This document shows, one piece after another, positions 1-8,296 of a stretch of 64,000 bases of DNA (position 1 is the stretch's first letter; every line of letters starts with the position of its first letter). The position numbers and the translations under genes were made by a program. The stretch comes from an uncultured Bacilli bacterium (GTDB lineage Bacteria; Bacillota_I; Bacilli_A; RF39; UBA660). Location: contig CAKOQK010000004.1 in the NCBI GenBank assembly GCA_934101225.1, positions 6,736 through 70,735 on the forward strand, given 5' to 3'. Below the pieces are notes generated by a model. The model did not search any database and was not told where the DNA came from. It saw nothing but the letters and a program-made list of their open reading frames with translations.

Positions 1-86
1 AAAAAACTATGATGTTTTTTTACTAATTTGATTTTATTAACTACTTGTATTGATATGTTTTCACTTCCACATTTAGAACATTTCAT
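1..86 (-). CDS. Zinc-ribbon protein, N-terminal fragment (gene continues past left window edge)
   Basis: Minus-strand ATG at 86..84 preceded by GGAGGTG; reads MKCSKCGSENISIQVVNKIKLVKKHHSF with a CxxC motif. Absent from the ORF track because it is truncated. Confidence 0.45.
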   Translation of the reverse strand, partial: MKCSKCGSENISIQVVNKIKLVKKHHSF

Positions 87-148
87 GTTTTCACCTCCAA
101 TACTTCTTATTTATAAAAATATCTATACTAGCATATTTTTAATCAAAA

Positions 149-343
149 TTATTTTTTCTTCTTGTTCTTTGATGTAATTATAATTTTTTTATTAATTTTA
201 TCAATTTCACTATCTATTGTTAGTTTTTGATATATTAAATCTAAATAATCAAGTTGTTCTTTATTTAATTTATTAAAATTATGTATAGCGTCAGCAAGTT
301 GGCTAGCAACTTTTTCAGTCTCATGTTTTTCTAAATCTGTCAT
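149..343 (-). CDS. Hypothetical small protein downstream of repressor (64 aa)
   Basis: Start overlaps the repressor stop by 1 nt on the same strand, so likely co-transcribed; no recognisable motif. Confidence 0.5.
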   Translation of the reverse strand: MTDLEKHETEKVASQLADAIHNFNKLNKEQLDYLDLIYQKLTIDSEIDKINKKIIITSKNKKKK

Positions 344-1002
344 TATAATCTTGTCCTCTTTTCCCTAGCTACACCAACAATTTTAACAGGTAAACTTGCA
401 ATTTGTTCTTTATTATAAAATGTTGGTTGAAAATTATCACTATTATTTAAATTTAGAGGTACGAGTGTAATACCATTATCGGTTATGGTAACATTTTTAA
501 ATGTAGCATCAAATCCATTTACCATAACAGCACAATCTTTTTTTTGCGCTGTTAAGAAATCTTCAATATGTTCAAAAATAACTATATCATTCTCATTGTA
601 TTTTGGATACATACTATCGCCACTTATTTTTAAACCGTAATATGATTTTCCACCTTTTATCCATTCTTTTGGTATATCAACATATTCAATTATATCAGTT
701 TGAGCTTCTATTGCTGTTCCAGCTTTGATAGTACTTAATACAGGTATTTGTATGGTATCAGTTTGAATATCAATTAACGAAGCATTATCAAAAGACAATG
801 GTGGAAAAAAATCATTAATAGATACTCTAAAATATTCTGCTAATTTAAATAAAATATCTTGATTTGTTTTTCTATCTCCAATTTCATATCGTGAAATTGT
901 TTGAGGAGTAGTATTTAAATATTCTGCCACTTCTTCTTGAGTAAGATTCTTTTGCTCTCTGAAATTTCTTATTTTATTTCCAATATATTTATTTATATCC
1001 AT
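343..1002 (-). CDS. CI/LexA-like phage repressor: XRE-type HTH plus S24 self-cleaving peptidase domain
   Basis: HTH segment NLTQEEVAEYLNTTPQTISRYEIG; S24 serine motif ISGDSMYP and downstream lysine region DATFKNV; divergent from the cro-like gene. Confidence 0.9.
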   Translation of the reverse strand: MDINKYIGNKIRNFREQKNLTQEEVAEYLNTTPQTISRYEIGDRKTNQDILFKLAEYFRVSINDFFPPLSFDNASLIDIQTDTIQIPVLSTIKAGTAIEAQTDIIEYVDIPKEWIKGGKSYYGLKISGDSMYPKYNENDIVIFEHIEDFLTAQKKDCAVMVNGFDATFKNVTITDNGITLVPLNLNNSDNFQPTFYNKEQIASLPVKIVGVAREKRTRL

Positions 1003-1041
1003 CTATGTTTTCTCCTTTCAAAAATATAATAGCATAATTTA

Positions 1042-1054
1042 CACCAAAATGGAA
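1042..1054. promoter_or_regulatory. Operator-like half-palindrome CACCAAAATGGAA in the switch region
   Basis: Related to the perfect palindromes at 1093-1105 and 1339-1351; lies between the divergent repressor and cro-like genes. Confidence 0.4.
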
Positions 1055-1083
1055 CAAAAAGTTAAAAAATAGTAAAAAAAGTA

Positions 1084-1112
1084 TTGACCTAACACCGAAG
1101 CGGTGATAAGAT
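1084..1112 (+). promoter_or_regulatory. Sigma-A type promoter for the cro-like/early operon
   Basis: TTGACC (1084-1089), 17-nt spacer, TAAGAT (1107-1112), 35 nt upstream of the cro-like ATG. Confidence 0.55.
1093..1105. promoter_or_regulatory. Palindromic operator CACCG-AAG-CGGTG inside the early promoter spacer
   Basis: Perfect 5+5 inverted repeat, GC-rich in an AT-rich intergenic region, located between the -35 and -10 elements. Confidence 0.6.
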
Positions 1113-1146
1113 TAAAGTGCAATAAGGAAAGGAGAGTGAAATAAAA

Positions 1147-1380
1147 ATGCAAAGTAAATTATTATTACTAAGAAAAGATAAAAAGGTCACTCAAGCAAAA
1201 TTAGCCGAAATATTGGGAATTACTACAAAACAATATGGTGCCAAAGAGTCTGGTAAAGTGAAGTTTAATGGTGATGAAATGTTTAAAATAGCTGAATACT
1301 TTGATACAAAAATAGATGATATTTTTTTACCCACTAATCACCAAAATGGTGAATTAATAAAAGAAAATATTAATGAATAG
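1147..1380 (+). CDS. Cro/XRE-family HTH transcriptional regulator (77 aa)
   Basis: HTH segment KVTQAKLAEILGITTKQYGAKESG; divergent from the repressor; SD GGAAAGGAGAG upstream. Confidence 0.85.
   Translation: MQSKLLLLRKDKKVTQAKLAEILGITTKQYGAKESGKVKFNGDEMFKIAEYFDTKIDDIFLPTNHQNGELIKENINE
1339..1351. promoter_or_regulatory. Third operator-like palindrome CACCA-AAA-TGGTG at the 3' end of the cro-like gene
   Basis: Perfect 5+5 inverted repeat with the same arm sequence as 1093-1105. Confidence 0.4.
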
Positions 1381-1391
1381 GAGGAGGACAC

Positions 1392-1523
1392 ATGAATCAA
1401 GATAGAAAAATAACTTTAGGAGATTTACAGGAACAAGTTATTATGTATTTATATAACAAAAATGAAAGAAAATTAGTTTTAAATACAGAAGATGTTAAAT
1501 TAGTTGAAATTTTATTTAGATAA
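1392..1523 (+). CDS. Hypothetical small protein (43 aa)
   Basis: ATG 5 nt after GAGGAGGA; reads MNQDRKITLGDLQEQVIMYLYNKNERKLVLNTEDVKLVEILFR. Below the ORF-track size cut-off. Confidence 0.4.
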   Translation: MNQDRKITLGDLQEQVIMYLYNKNERKLVLNTEDVKLVEILFR

Positions 1524-1540
1524 AAAGACTAGAATTAAAT

Positions 1541-1699
1541 CTAATCTTCATTAACATTATTTTTGCAATTACGAACTTGTTTATAAATTTCTTTATATGC
1601 TTCACTAACATCTTTTATACTTTCTTCATTACTACTGCCTTTAGTAATGTAATCGTTTTGAAGCATTGCAATAACAATTTCTTTAGCAATATCTGACAT
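1541..1699 (-). CDS. Hypothetical small protein (52 aa), convergent with the early operon
   Basis: Minus-strand ORF MSDIAKEIVIAMLQNDYITKGSSNEESIKDVSEAYKEIYKQVRNCKNNVNED; weak SD. Confidence 0.3.
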   Translation of the reverse strand: MSDIAKEIVIAMLQNDYITKGSSNEESIKDVSEAYKEIYKQVRNCKNNVNED

Positions 1700-1823
1700 A
1701 TACACATCTCACTTTCTAATGATTTCTATTATAAGTAAAAATGAGGTAAAAGACAATTGCAAAAGTGCGAAAAATCAAATAGAAAACTAAACCACACAAC
1801 TTTTTTAAGAAAGGAAATAAAAA

Positions 1824-2036
1824 ATGAAATATTATAATGCAACCGAAATAATTAATATAACTGGATTAAGTAAATCATCGGTTTACAATCTAATTAATAA
1901 TTTAAATACTAAATTAAAAAGAGAATATCCAGGAACAATTATTATTAAAGGTCGAGTACCAAGATGGTATTTTGATAAAAAATTAATGATAAATGATATT
2001 ACAAAAGAAGAAAATCAAGAATTACAAAAAATATAA
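1824..2036 (+). CDS. Small HTH DNA-binding protein, excisionase-like (70 aa)
   Basis: N-terminal YYNATEIINITGLSKSSVYNLINN resembles the Xis/MerR-type HTH_17 family; position is after the switch. Confidence 0.5.
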   Translation: MKYYNATEIINITGLSKSSVYNLINNLNTKLKREYPGTIIIKGRVPRWYFDKKLMINDITKEENQELQKI

Positions 2037-2219
2037 AACAAAAAATTTGGTTAAGAGGTTGATATGAATGTATTAAAAAAAGATTTATGGATGCATACTA
2101 ATTCCCATAAATCAAATACATAAATAAAAAATTACTCTTACATTATACCAAATTATGAAATAAAATGCAAATTTAAAAAAATATGTAATTTTGAATGAAA
2201 GAGAGGAACAAAAACATAA

Positions 2220-2420
2220 ATGAAAAAATATAGATTAAAACGTAAGATTAAAATTATTATTTTATTAATATTGATAGCATTCATTAACATAGTTGCTATA
2301 TGTCAATTATTTACTATTAAAACAATAGGTAAAACACCAGTTGGTGATTATGAATGTCATGGTGGAATTATAAAAATATGTGGATCAAGTTCTGAAGTTG
2401 CTAATTATTTAGGAGTATAG
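2220..2420 (+). CDS. Small membrane protein (66 aa)
   Basis: Basic N-terminus followed by the hydrophobic helix IIILLILIAFINIVAICQLF. Confidence 0.5.
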   Translation: MKKYRLKRKIKIIILLILIAFINIVAICQLFTIKTIGKTPVGDYECHGGIIKICGSSSEVANYLGV

Positions 2421-2423
2421 GAT

Positions 2424-3176
2424 ATGAAAAATCCAGCATTCTTATTTTATACAAGTGATTTTATTACAGGAACGTTATTTATGAATAATGAAGAAGTTGG
2501 TGCTTATATAAGAGTTTTATGTATGCAACATCAAAAAGGTCATCTAACTGAAGAAGAAATTAAAAATATTTGTAAAAAAAATAAAATTTTTCTCTCCGTT
2601 ATCTCTCATTTCAAACAAGATAAAAAAGGTCTTTTCTATAACAAAAGGCTAGATAGAGAAAAAGATAAAAGAGAGAAATATTCGGAAAGTAGGGCAAAAA
2701 ACAGGAAAAAACGTACTGAAGATAAGATTGATATGTCATTTACATATGAAAACATATCAAAAACATATGATGCACATATGGAAAATGAAGATGAAAATAT
2801 AAATAATAATATAAATATTAATACTAATTATAATATTAAAAATATAACTAAAGATTATATATTTAATTTATATACTAATACTATAAATTCTAATATAAGT
2901 TCTATTGAATTAGAGAAATTAGATAATTATATAAATATCTTTAAAGATGACTTAAGAATAATTGCATATGCTATTGAGTATTGCAAAATGTATAGAGCTT
3001 ATAACATTAACTATCTTTGTAAAATTTTAAATAACTGGTATAAGGCGGGTTTTAATACTTTGGAACAAATTAAAGAAAAGGAAAAGCCTAAAAGCATTGA
3101 AAACAATAATTCAGAAGAAGAAAAGGTTGAGTTGTTTGATTATGATTGGTTGAGTGACATTAATGAAGAAAAATAA
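2424..3176 (+). CDS. Phage replication initiator/organiser: N-terminal DUF1376 (YdaU-like) plus C-terminal DnaD-like domain
   Basis: N-terminus FLFYTSDFITGTLFMNNEEVGAYIRVLCMQ is typical of DUF1376; C-terminus IIAYAIEYCKMYRAYNINYLCKILNNWYKAGFNTLEQI is typical of the DnaD/DnaB_2 domain. A low-complexity Asn/Ile linker joins them. Confidence 0.7.
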   Translation: MKNPAFLFYTSDFITGTLFMNNEEVGAYIRVLCMQHQKGHLTEEEIKNICKKNKIFLSVISHFKQDKKGLFYNKRLDREKDKREKYSESRAKNRKKRTEDKIDMSFTYENISKTYDAHMENEDENINNNININTNYNIKNITKDYIFNLYTNTINSNISSIELEKLDNYINIFKDDLRIIAYAIEYCKMYRAYNINYLCKILNNWYKAGFNTLEQIKEKEKPKSIENNNSEEEKVELFDYDWLSDINEEK

Positions 3177-3483
3177 AGTTTTGAAAGAAAAGAAAAAATT
3201 ATTTGATTATTTTAAATTAAAAAAACAATACAATGCACTTTTAATCAAATATGAAACATTGTTAAGTGATGTTAAAGAAGAGTGTTTTGAGGTAATTTAT
3301 AACAAAATCAATGACGATCAATCAATTGTTAAACTTAAAAAAGATAACAAGATGCTAAGACAACAGGTTAAAACTTTAAAAGAAATAATTAAGGAGGAAT
3401 GTGATGGACGAAATAATTCCAAGAAGATATGGCCAAAATCCTCTAGCAGAAACAAAAGCAGAAGCAGAATCAAAAGTAAATAA
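3163..3483 (+). CDS. Hypothetical coiled-coil protein
   Basis: ATG at 3163 (the track starts at GTG 3154). Heptad-rich with a basic Ser/Arg/Lys tail; the last 80 nt overlap the next gene in another frame. Confidence 0.45.
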   Translation: MKKNKVLKEKKKLFDYFKLKKQYNALLIKYETLLSDVKEECFEVIYNKINDDQSIVKLKKDNKMLRQQVKTLKEIIKEECDGRNNSKKIWPKSSSRNKSRSRIKSK

Positions 3484-3727
3484 GAAAAATCATTATTTTC
3501 AAATTATTGAAATACTTAATGATTTTGATAAACCAATGACGGCAAAAGAAATTGCTATTGAAATGAAAAAAAGAGGTTATAGCAAAACTGATGAAAGAAA
3601 TGTATCAGCTCCAAGAATTACGGAAATGATGCAAAAGGGATGGCTAGAATGTGTTGGCAAGAAAAAATGTCAATACACAAATAATTTTGTTGGAGTATTT
3701 ATTGTTAGAAATATAAAAGACAGGTGA
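3404..3727 (+). CDS. Winged-helix (MarR-like) DNA-binding protein
   Basis: AAGGAGG 6 nt upstream of ATG 3404; IIEILNDFDKPMTAKEIAIEMKKRGY...RITEMMQKGWL is wHTH-like. Confidence 0.6.
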   Translation: MDEIIPRRYGQNPLAETKAEAESKVNKKNHYFQIIEILNDFDKPMTAKEIAIEMKKRGYSKTDERNVSAPRITEMMQKGWLECVGKKKCQYTNNFVGVFIVRNIKDR

Positions 3728-3735
3728 GTGATTAC

Positions 3736-4398
3736 ATGGGAGTTAGAAAAATTAAATATTTTGGAGGGCAAAAAGCAACTTTACCAATCAAAAGTGAAAA
3801 GCAGTTAAAAACAGTTATGCTTTATTTATTACAAAAGAAAGAACATGCAAAAACAGAGATTAAATATTATCTTGCTTATCGAAATTATATGTTGTTTTTA
3901 ATTGGATTTAATACAGCCTTTAGAGCAGAAGATTTACTTCAGTTAAGGGTAACAGATGTAAAAAAAGGGTTTGTATCAATTAAAGAAAATAAAACACGTA
4001 AAGTTCAAAATTTTAGAATGAATAAACAATTGCACCAAGAAATTTTGGATTATATTGAAGAATTTGATCTAAAAGAAAATGATTATTTGTTTATGGGGCA
4101 AAAGAAAAAAGATACATATCAGGGCAAAAGTTATAAAGTTATTTATCCAATAACTCGTCAAAATGCAAGAAATATTTGCCATGACGTTGCTAATGCTGCT
4201 GGAATAGATTTTAAATTTGGCCTTCATAGTTTAAGAAAAACTTTTGGTTACATGTATATCAAGCATGGTGGAAATGTAATTACACTAATGAAAATGTATA
4301 ATCATTATTCACCAGATGTCACTTTGCTTTATGTTATGTGGGGTAAGGAAGATGCAGAAGCTGATCGTGAATCTACGTTTATAGGAGGGATAAAATGA
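3736..4398 (+). CDS. Tyrosine recombinase, catalytic domain only (about 220 aa)
   Basis: Arg I in NTAFRAEDLLQLR, HxxR in HSLRKTFG, NH...LLY C-terminal motif. AGGTGAG SD upstream of ATG 3736 (the track starts at GTG 3724). No room for an N-terminal core-binding domain. Confidence 0.8.
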   Translation: MGVRKIKYFGGQKATLPIKSEKQLKTVMLYLLQKKEHAKTEIKYYLAYRNYMLFLIGFNTAFRAEDLLQLRVTDVKKGFVSIKENKTRKVQNFRMNKQLHQEILDYIEEFDLKENDYLFMGQKKKDTYQGKSYKVIYPITRQNARNICHDVANAAGIDFKFGLHSLRKTFGYMYIKHGGNVITLMKMYNHYSPDVTLLYVMWGKEDAEADRESTFIGGIK

Positions 4399-4925
4399 AA
4401 TTGTTAGAAAGATTAGAAGAACAAATTAAAATACTAAGAATATCAAAAAAAGAATATAGTAAACGTTTATTTGATTTAAAAGATAAGAATAATGAGTTAT
4501 TAAATCATATTGAACGAATAAAAGAAGATAAATATGAATTAAAAAAACAATGTGAATTATTAGATACAAGTTTTAATGAGGCGTTATCATCACTTCAAGC
4601 CCAACATAGTATTGCAGAGAAATATAAAGAGGATATTAAAATAGCTAATGCTACTATTTCAAAATTATCAAAAAAAATAGATAAATTAAAAGAGAATAAT
4701 AAAAAAATTGGCGGAGCTAAAGGTGGCTTTATTAAAGAAAATAATTATTTAAAAGAATTAGTTAAGGATTTAACATTTAAATTAGAAGAATCTATGTCTG
4801 ATAAATACGTTTTAAGAAAATTACCATCTGGTAAAAGACCAAAGGGAGATTTAATGAGATTAAAAAGCCAGGCATTTCAAAGTAAAATTGTTAAGCAAAT
4901 GCATCGAGAGGATTCTAATGAATAA
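4395..4925 (+). CDS. Hypothetical coiled-coil protein (176 aa)
   Basis: ATGA stop/start overlap with the recombinase gene; long heptad-rich sequence; ends DSNE. Confidence 0.6.
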   Translation: MKLLERLEEQIKILRISKKEYSKRLFDLKDKNNELLNHIERIKEDKYELKKQCELLDTSFNEALSSLQAQHSIAEKYKEDIKIANATISKLSKKIDKLKENNKKIGGAKGGFIKENNYLKELVKDLTFKLEESMSDKYVLRKLPSGKRPKGDLMRLKSQAFQSKIVKQMHREDSNE

Positions 4926-5187
4926 ATTAATAACTTATATTTTAGATAATTATTATACTGAAAAATTTATTAGATCTTTAGAGGCTGATTTAAATGAAAA
5001 TAATGTTTTATTTAAAGTAAACTCTAATCATGGTTGTATTGATATTTATTTGAAACCAACTCTTTGTAGTAAATATAAATTTATTTGTAGCTTTAAAAAA
5101 AGTGATGCATTAGAGTGTTTGATTAGAGATAGAACAAAATTTATGGCATTTATTAAACAAGCTATAAAAAAACTAGGAGGAATTTAA
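4918..5187 (+). CDS. Hypothetical protein (89 aa)
   Basis: ATG embedded in the AATGAATAAA junction with the upstream gene; ends KKLGGI, which encodes the next SD. Confidence 0.5.
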   Translation: MNKLITYILDNYYTEKFIRSLEADLNENNVLFKVNSNHGCIDIYLKPTLCSKYKFICSFKKSDALECLIRDRTKFMAFIKQAIKKLGGI

Positions 5188-5189
5188 AT

Positions 5190-5462
5190 ATGTTTGACCA
5201 AATTAAAACCATTTTAGACACGATTGCAGGGTTTTCCAATGTTCTTGTGTATCAAGAGTTAGAACTCGTCTTAGAGCCTAGTTTAAATGGCGAATATGAA
5301 GATTATCAAAGAAGTTTAAAATTTCAAATTATAAAAATTTATGACGGATTAGAAAAAACTATATATAAAGCAAATTGTAAGGAAAATAATCCGAAGGAAT
5401 ATTTAGAAAAGATTTTAAAGGATTTAACAAAAATTCAATTAAAGTTAGGAGGAATTAATTGA
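5190..5462 (+). CDS. Hypothetical protein (90 aa)
   Basis: TAGGAGGAATT SD upstream; ends KLGGIN. Confidence 0.55.
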   Translation: MFDQIKTILDTIAGFSNVLVYQELELVLEPSLNGEYEDYQRSLKFQIIKIYDGLEKTIYKANCKENNPKEYLEKILKDLTKIQLKLGGIN

Positions 5463-5833
5463 TGGAATTATGGATTAGAAGTCAAGATAGAGAAAAATTA
5501 ATCAAATGCATTGATATAGCAATAGCAACTGATAGTGAAGATGGTAAAACTATTAGAGGTTATAAAATAGTTGAAAATACTGAATATGAAGAATTAGGTT
5601 TTTATACATCAAAAGAAAGAACTTTAGAGGTGTTAAATGAAATTCAATCTAAATTGAATTGTAATAAGTTTTTATTAAAACCAAAAACAGGTTTGCTATC
5701 TAAAGACGATATCAGAAAAGAAAAAATTTGTTTAGAAGAATTAAATAATATTGATCTAATTGCTGAAAATTCATTATGCAGTATTGAGCCAATTGGTAAT
5801 CCAGTATTGGTATATGAAATGCCTGAAAAGTAG
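5462..5833 (+). CDS. Hypothetical protein (123 aa)
   Basis: TGATG overlap with the upstream stop; TAGGAGGAATT SD. Confidence 0.55.
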   Translation: MELWIRSQDREKLIKCIDIAIATDSEDGKTIRGYKIVENTEYEELGFYTSKERTLEVLNEIQSKLNCNKFLLKPKTGLLSKDDIRKEKICLEELNNIDLIAENSLCSIEPIGNPVLVYEMPEK

Positions 5834-5981
5834 AAAAAATCGAAAAATGGAATTATGGGTAAGTTTTTAAAAGTTAAATTTATGCTAACTATTATAAATA
5901 TTAGAAAAAATTAAGATTTAAGCATACACTAAAAACTTTCCACAATTACCTGTTATGACAAGTTTTATTAGGAGGATTAAG

Positions 5982-6311
5982 ATGACTAAAGAAGAATTAA
6001 TAATAGGATCTTTTAAAAAAGGTTATTGTTGTGACTTAGATGAAATTAAAGACTATTTGAAAAGAATTGATGAGTTAGAGGCTAAACTAACGGGAGAAGA
6101 TAAAGAAACTTACACTTGGTTAATTTATGGCTATAATCAATGTGCCAAATTGTTAAATGAAACAGAACAGCAATGTAAAAAGCAAAAAGAAGTTATTGAT
6201 AAATTAAGCAAAATAATCTATGAAATAGATTATTTAAGAAAAACAGCTGGTGGTTATCCTAGTCATTATTTAGATGAATTATTAGATATATTAAAAGAGG
6301 TGTCAGAATGA
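5982..6311 (+). CDS. Hypothetical coiled-coil protein, modules A-B-C of the paralog array
   Basis: TAGGAGGA SD then ATG 5982 (the track start at 5955 lacks an SD); N-terminus MTKEELIIGSFKKGYCCDLDEIKD is shared with the gene at 8824. Confidence 0.6.
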   Translation: MTKEELIIGSFKKGYCCDLDEIKDYLKRIDELEAKLTGEDKETYTWLIYGYNQCAKLLNETEQQCKKQKEVIDKLSKIIYEIDYLRKTAGGYPSHYLDELLDILKEVSE

Positions 6312-6721
6312 ACGATAAATGTAAATATTGTGATTATGTTTCTAAATGTTCAAGAATATGTGAATATAATAGCTATTTATGCAAAGTGCATAGGAGTTTT
6401 CCAAAAGTAGTAGATAAATCGTATGAACAGTTACAACAAGAAAACAAAAAATTAAATGGTGCTATACAAACTTACGATATACTTCTAAAAGTAAATGGTG
6501 AAGAAAACAAACAACTAAAAGATAATTGGAATAAGTTAAAAGAATATTTAATAAATGATATAAATGATAGAAATGGTACTAAAATTGCTGAATTTGAAGA
6601 GGGTAATAGAGTAAGTGAAACGATATCTCCAATTTATACATTGATGGAAGATAAGTCAAAAATAATGAAGGAAGTATTAGATAAAATGCAAGAACTAGAT
6701 GGAAGTGATAGTAATGAATAA
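6308..6721 (+). CDS. Hypothetical Cys-rich/coiled-coil protein, modules D-E-F
   Basis: ATGA overlap; N-terminal CKYCDYVSKCSRICEYNSYLCKVH cysteine cluster; shares modules with 7362-7808. Confidence 0.6.
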   Translation: MNDKCKYCDYVSKCSRICEYNSYLCKVHRSFPKVVDKSYEQLQQENKKLNGAIQTYDILLKVNGEENKQLKDNWNKLKEYLINDINDRNGTKIAEFEEGNRVSETISPIYTLMEDKSKIMKEVLDKMQELDGSDSNE

Positions 6722-7064
6722 AGAAGATTTATACCCTTTAATCGGTAAATATTTAAATGGTTACAAGATAATTAAAATAGAAGAAGATCCATTTATAAAA
6801 GGACAAATTAATTTATGGACTGATGAATGGATAACAGAATATTTTGGAGATATAAGTATAGTCAAATTTTTTATAAGACCAGAGAGCAATTCATCTAAGA
6901 TATACAATGAACTAATTAATAAAGAAATATACCAACTAAAAGATAATTGGAATAAGTTAAAACAAAAAATGTTAGATAGTTTTAATAAAACTCAAGATGT
7001 ACAATTTTTAGATGTATTACAAGATATGCTAGAACTAGAACAAGGAAGTGATAGCAATGAATAA
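6714..7064 (+). CDS. Hypothetical protein, modules E-F
   Basis: ATG in the AATGAATAAA junction; QLKDNWNKLK and ELEQGSDSNE modules. Confidence 0.55.
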   Translation: MNKEDLYPLIGKYLNGYKIIKIEEDPFIKGQINLWTDEWITEYFGDISIVKFFIRPESNSSKIYNELINKEIYQLKDNWNKLKQKMLDSFNKTQDVQFLDVLQDMLELEQGSDSNE

Positions 7065-7365
7065 AGAATTAATTATAACTAAAGAAGATATAGAATTATT
7101 AAAAGAAATGAAAGAAAATTGCTTAAAGTCTAGTGTTTATGATGATGAAAAAAGATTATTAAAGGCAAATGCTATCACAAAATTTCTTAACTTATTAGAC
7201 ACAAATAAAAAGCAAAAAGAAGTGATTGATAAAGTTAAAAAACGTTGTGAAATAGAAATAAATGCTTCTAATCATTATTTACAAAATCATAGTAGTCAAC
7301 AAGAGTTATGCCATAAGGTAGCACACCAGAGAATTTTAGACATATTAAAAGAGGTATCAGAATGA
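7057..7365 (+). CDS. Hypothetical protein, modules B-C
   Basis: ATG in the AATGAATAAA junction; KKQKEVIDK and LDILKEVSE modules. Confidence 0.55.
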   Translation: MNKELIITKEDIELLKEMKENCLKSSVYDDEKRLLKANAITKFLNLLDTNKKQKEVIDKVKKRCEIEINASNHYLQNHSSQQELCHKVAHQRILDILKEVSE

Positions 7366-7808
7366 GTATATATGAAGCAAGTATAACTAATCCTAAAAAG
7401 CAATTAGAATTTTATAAAGATTTATCCGAACAGTTACAACAAGAAAACAAAATATTAAAAGAAAATGCAGAAAATAATGACAAAGTAGTTGATAAAGTAA
7501 ATTGGGAAAATTTGTTGTTAAAAAAAGAAAATAAACAACTAAAAGAATGCTATTGTAATAGAACTGATTGTTCTGGAAGAATAAAAAATAGTAGAAACTA
7601 TGATAGTCTTTATCAAAAATATAATAAGCAATTAGATAATTGGAATAAGTTAAAAGAAGATTTGAAATTGATTTTAGATTATAGTTTTGGTGAAGATGCT
7701 TCAAGTTGGGACAAGATATATGGTGAACATGCTAAAGCAACTTTAAAATTTATGGAAGAATTAGAACAAGGAAGTGACGATAGTAATGGCAGAATGGAAA
7801 AAAGATAA
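7362..7808 (+). CDS. Hypothetical coiled-coil protein, modules D-E-F
   Basis: ATGA overlap; EQLQQENK, LDNWNKLKE and ELEQGSDDSNG modules. Confidence 0.6.
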   Translation: MSIYEASITNPKKQLEFYKDLSEQLQQENKILKENAENNDKVVDKVNWENLLLKKENKQLKECYCNRTDCSGRIKNSRNYDSLYQKYNKQLDNWNKLKEDLKLILDYSFGEDASSWDKIYGEHAKATLKFMEELEQGSDDSNGRMEKR

Positions 7809-7974
7809 TTTGGAAAAGATAAGAATTACAATTGAAATACCTAAAAATACAATAGCATTTGTAGTAAATACACTTTCACAAGAAAAAAATAAAATTGTAA
7901 TGAGTAACACTCATTATGATAGTGAAGATATTGAAAAACTAAAAGGAGATATTAATGAAAATAACAATATATGA
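7786..7974 (+). CDS. Hypothetical small protein (62 aa)
   Basis: ATG 7786 follows GGAAGTGA within the upstream gene's tail. Confidence 0.45.
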   Translation: MAEWKKDNLEKIRITIEIPKNTIAFVVNTLSQEKNKIVMSNTHYDSEDIEKLKGDINENNNI

Positions 7975-8296
7975 ATTATTAGGATTAGTGAAAGATGGCA
8001 AAGCACCTAAAAAAATAAAATATGATGATAAAATTTGGGATTATCGTAATGATAGCCAAGATTATTCTTGTTTTAACGAAAATGATTTAATTGGACGTTT
8101 ATTTTATAGTTTACCAATAAATGAATTTATAAACAATTATGTAGAAATAATCGAGAAACCAAAGAAGATAGAAAAATGTAAAGATTATGAGATTTTTTTA
8201 GGAATAGATGATTATATAGAATATATAAAAACTAGAGCAATCAATGAATTAATGGATGAAATAAACAATTTAAAGGAGAATGATAATAATGAATAA
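7955..8296 (+). CDS. Hypothetical protein, paralog of 8289-8672
   Basis: Shared C-terminal segment CK(D/G)YE.F..IDDYIE(Y/H)(I/L)(K/R)T. Confidence 0.55.
   Translation: MKITIYELLGLVKDGKAPKKIKYDDKIWDYRNDSQDYSCFNENDLIGRLFYSLPINEFINNYVEIIEKPKKIEKCKDYEIFLGIDDYIEYIKTRAINELMDEINNLKENDNNE

Noticed and set aside
7393-7704. 103-aa minus-strand ORF inside the early operon
   Set aside because: Antisense to well-supported plus-strand genes, with a Phe/Leu/Tyr/Asn-rich low-complexity translation typical of the reverse frame of AT-rich coding DNA and no SD. The same reasoning applies to 9144-9356 and 9936-10229.
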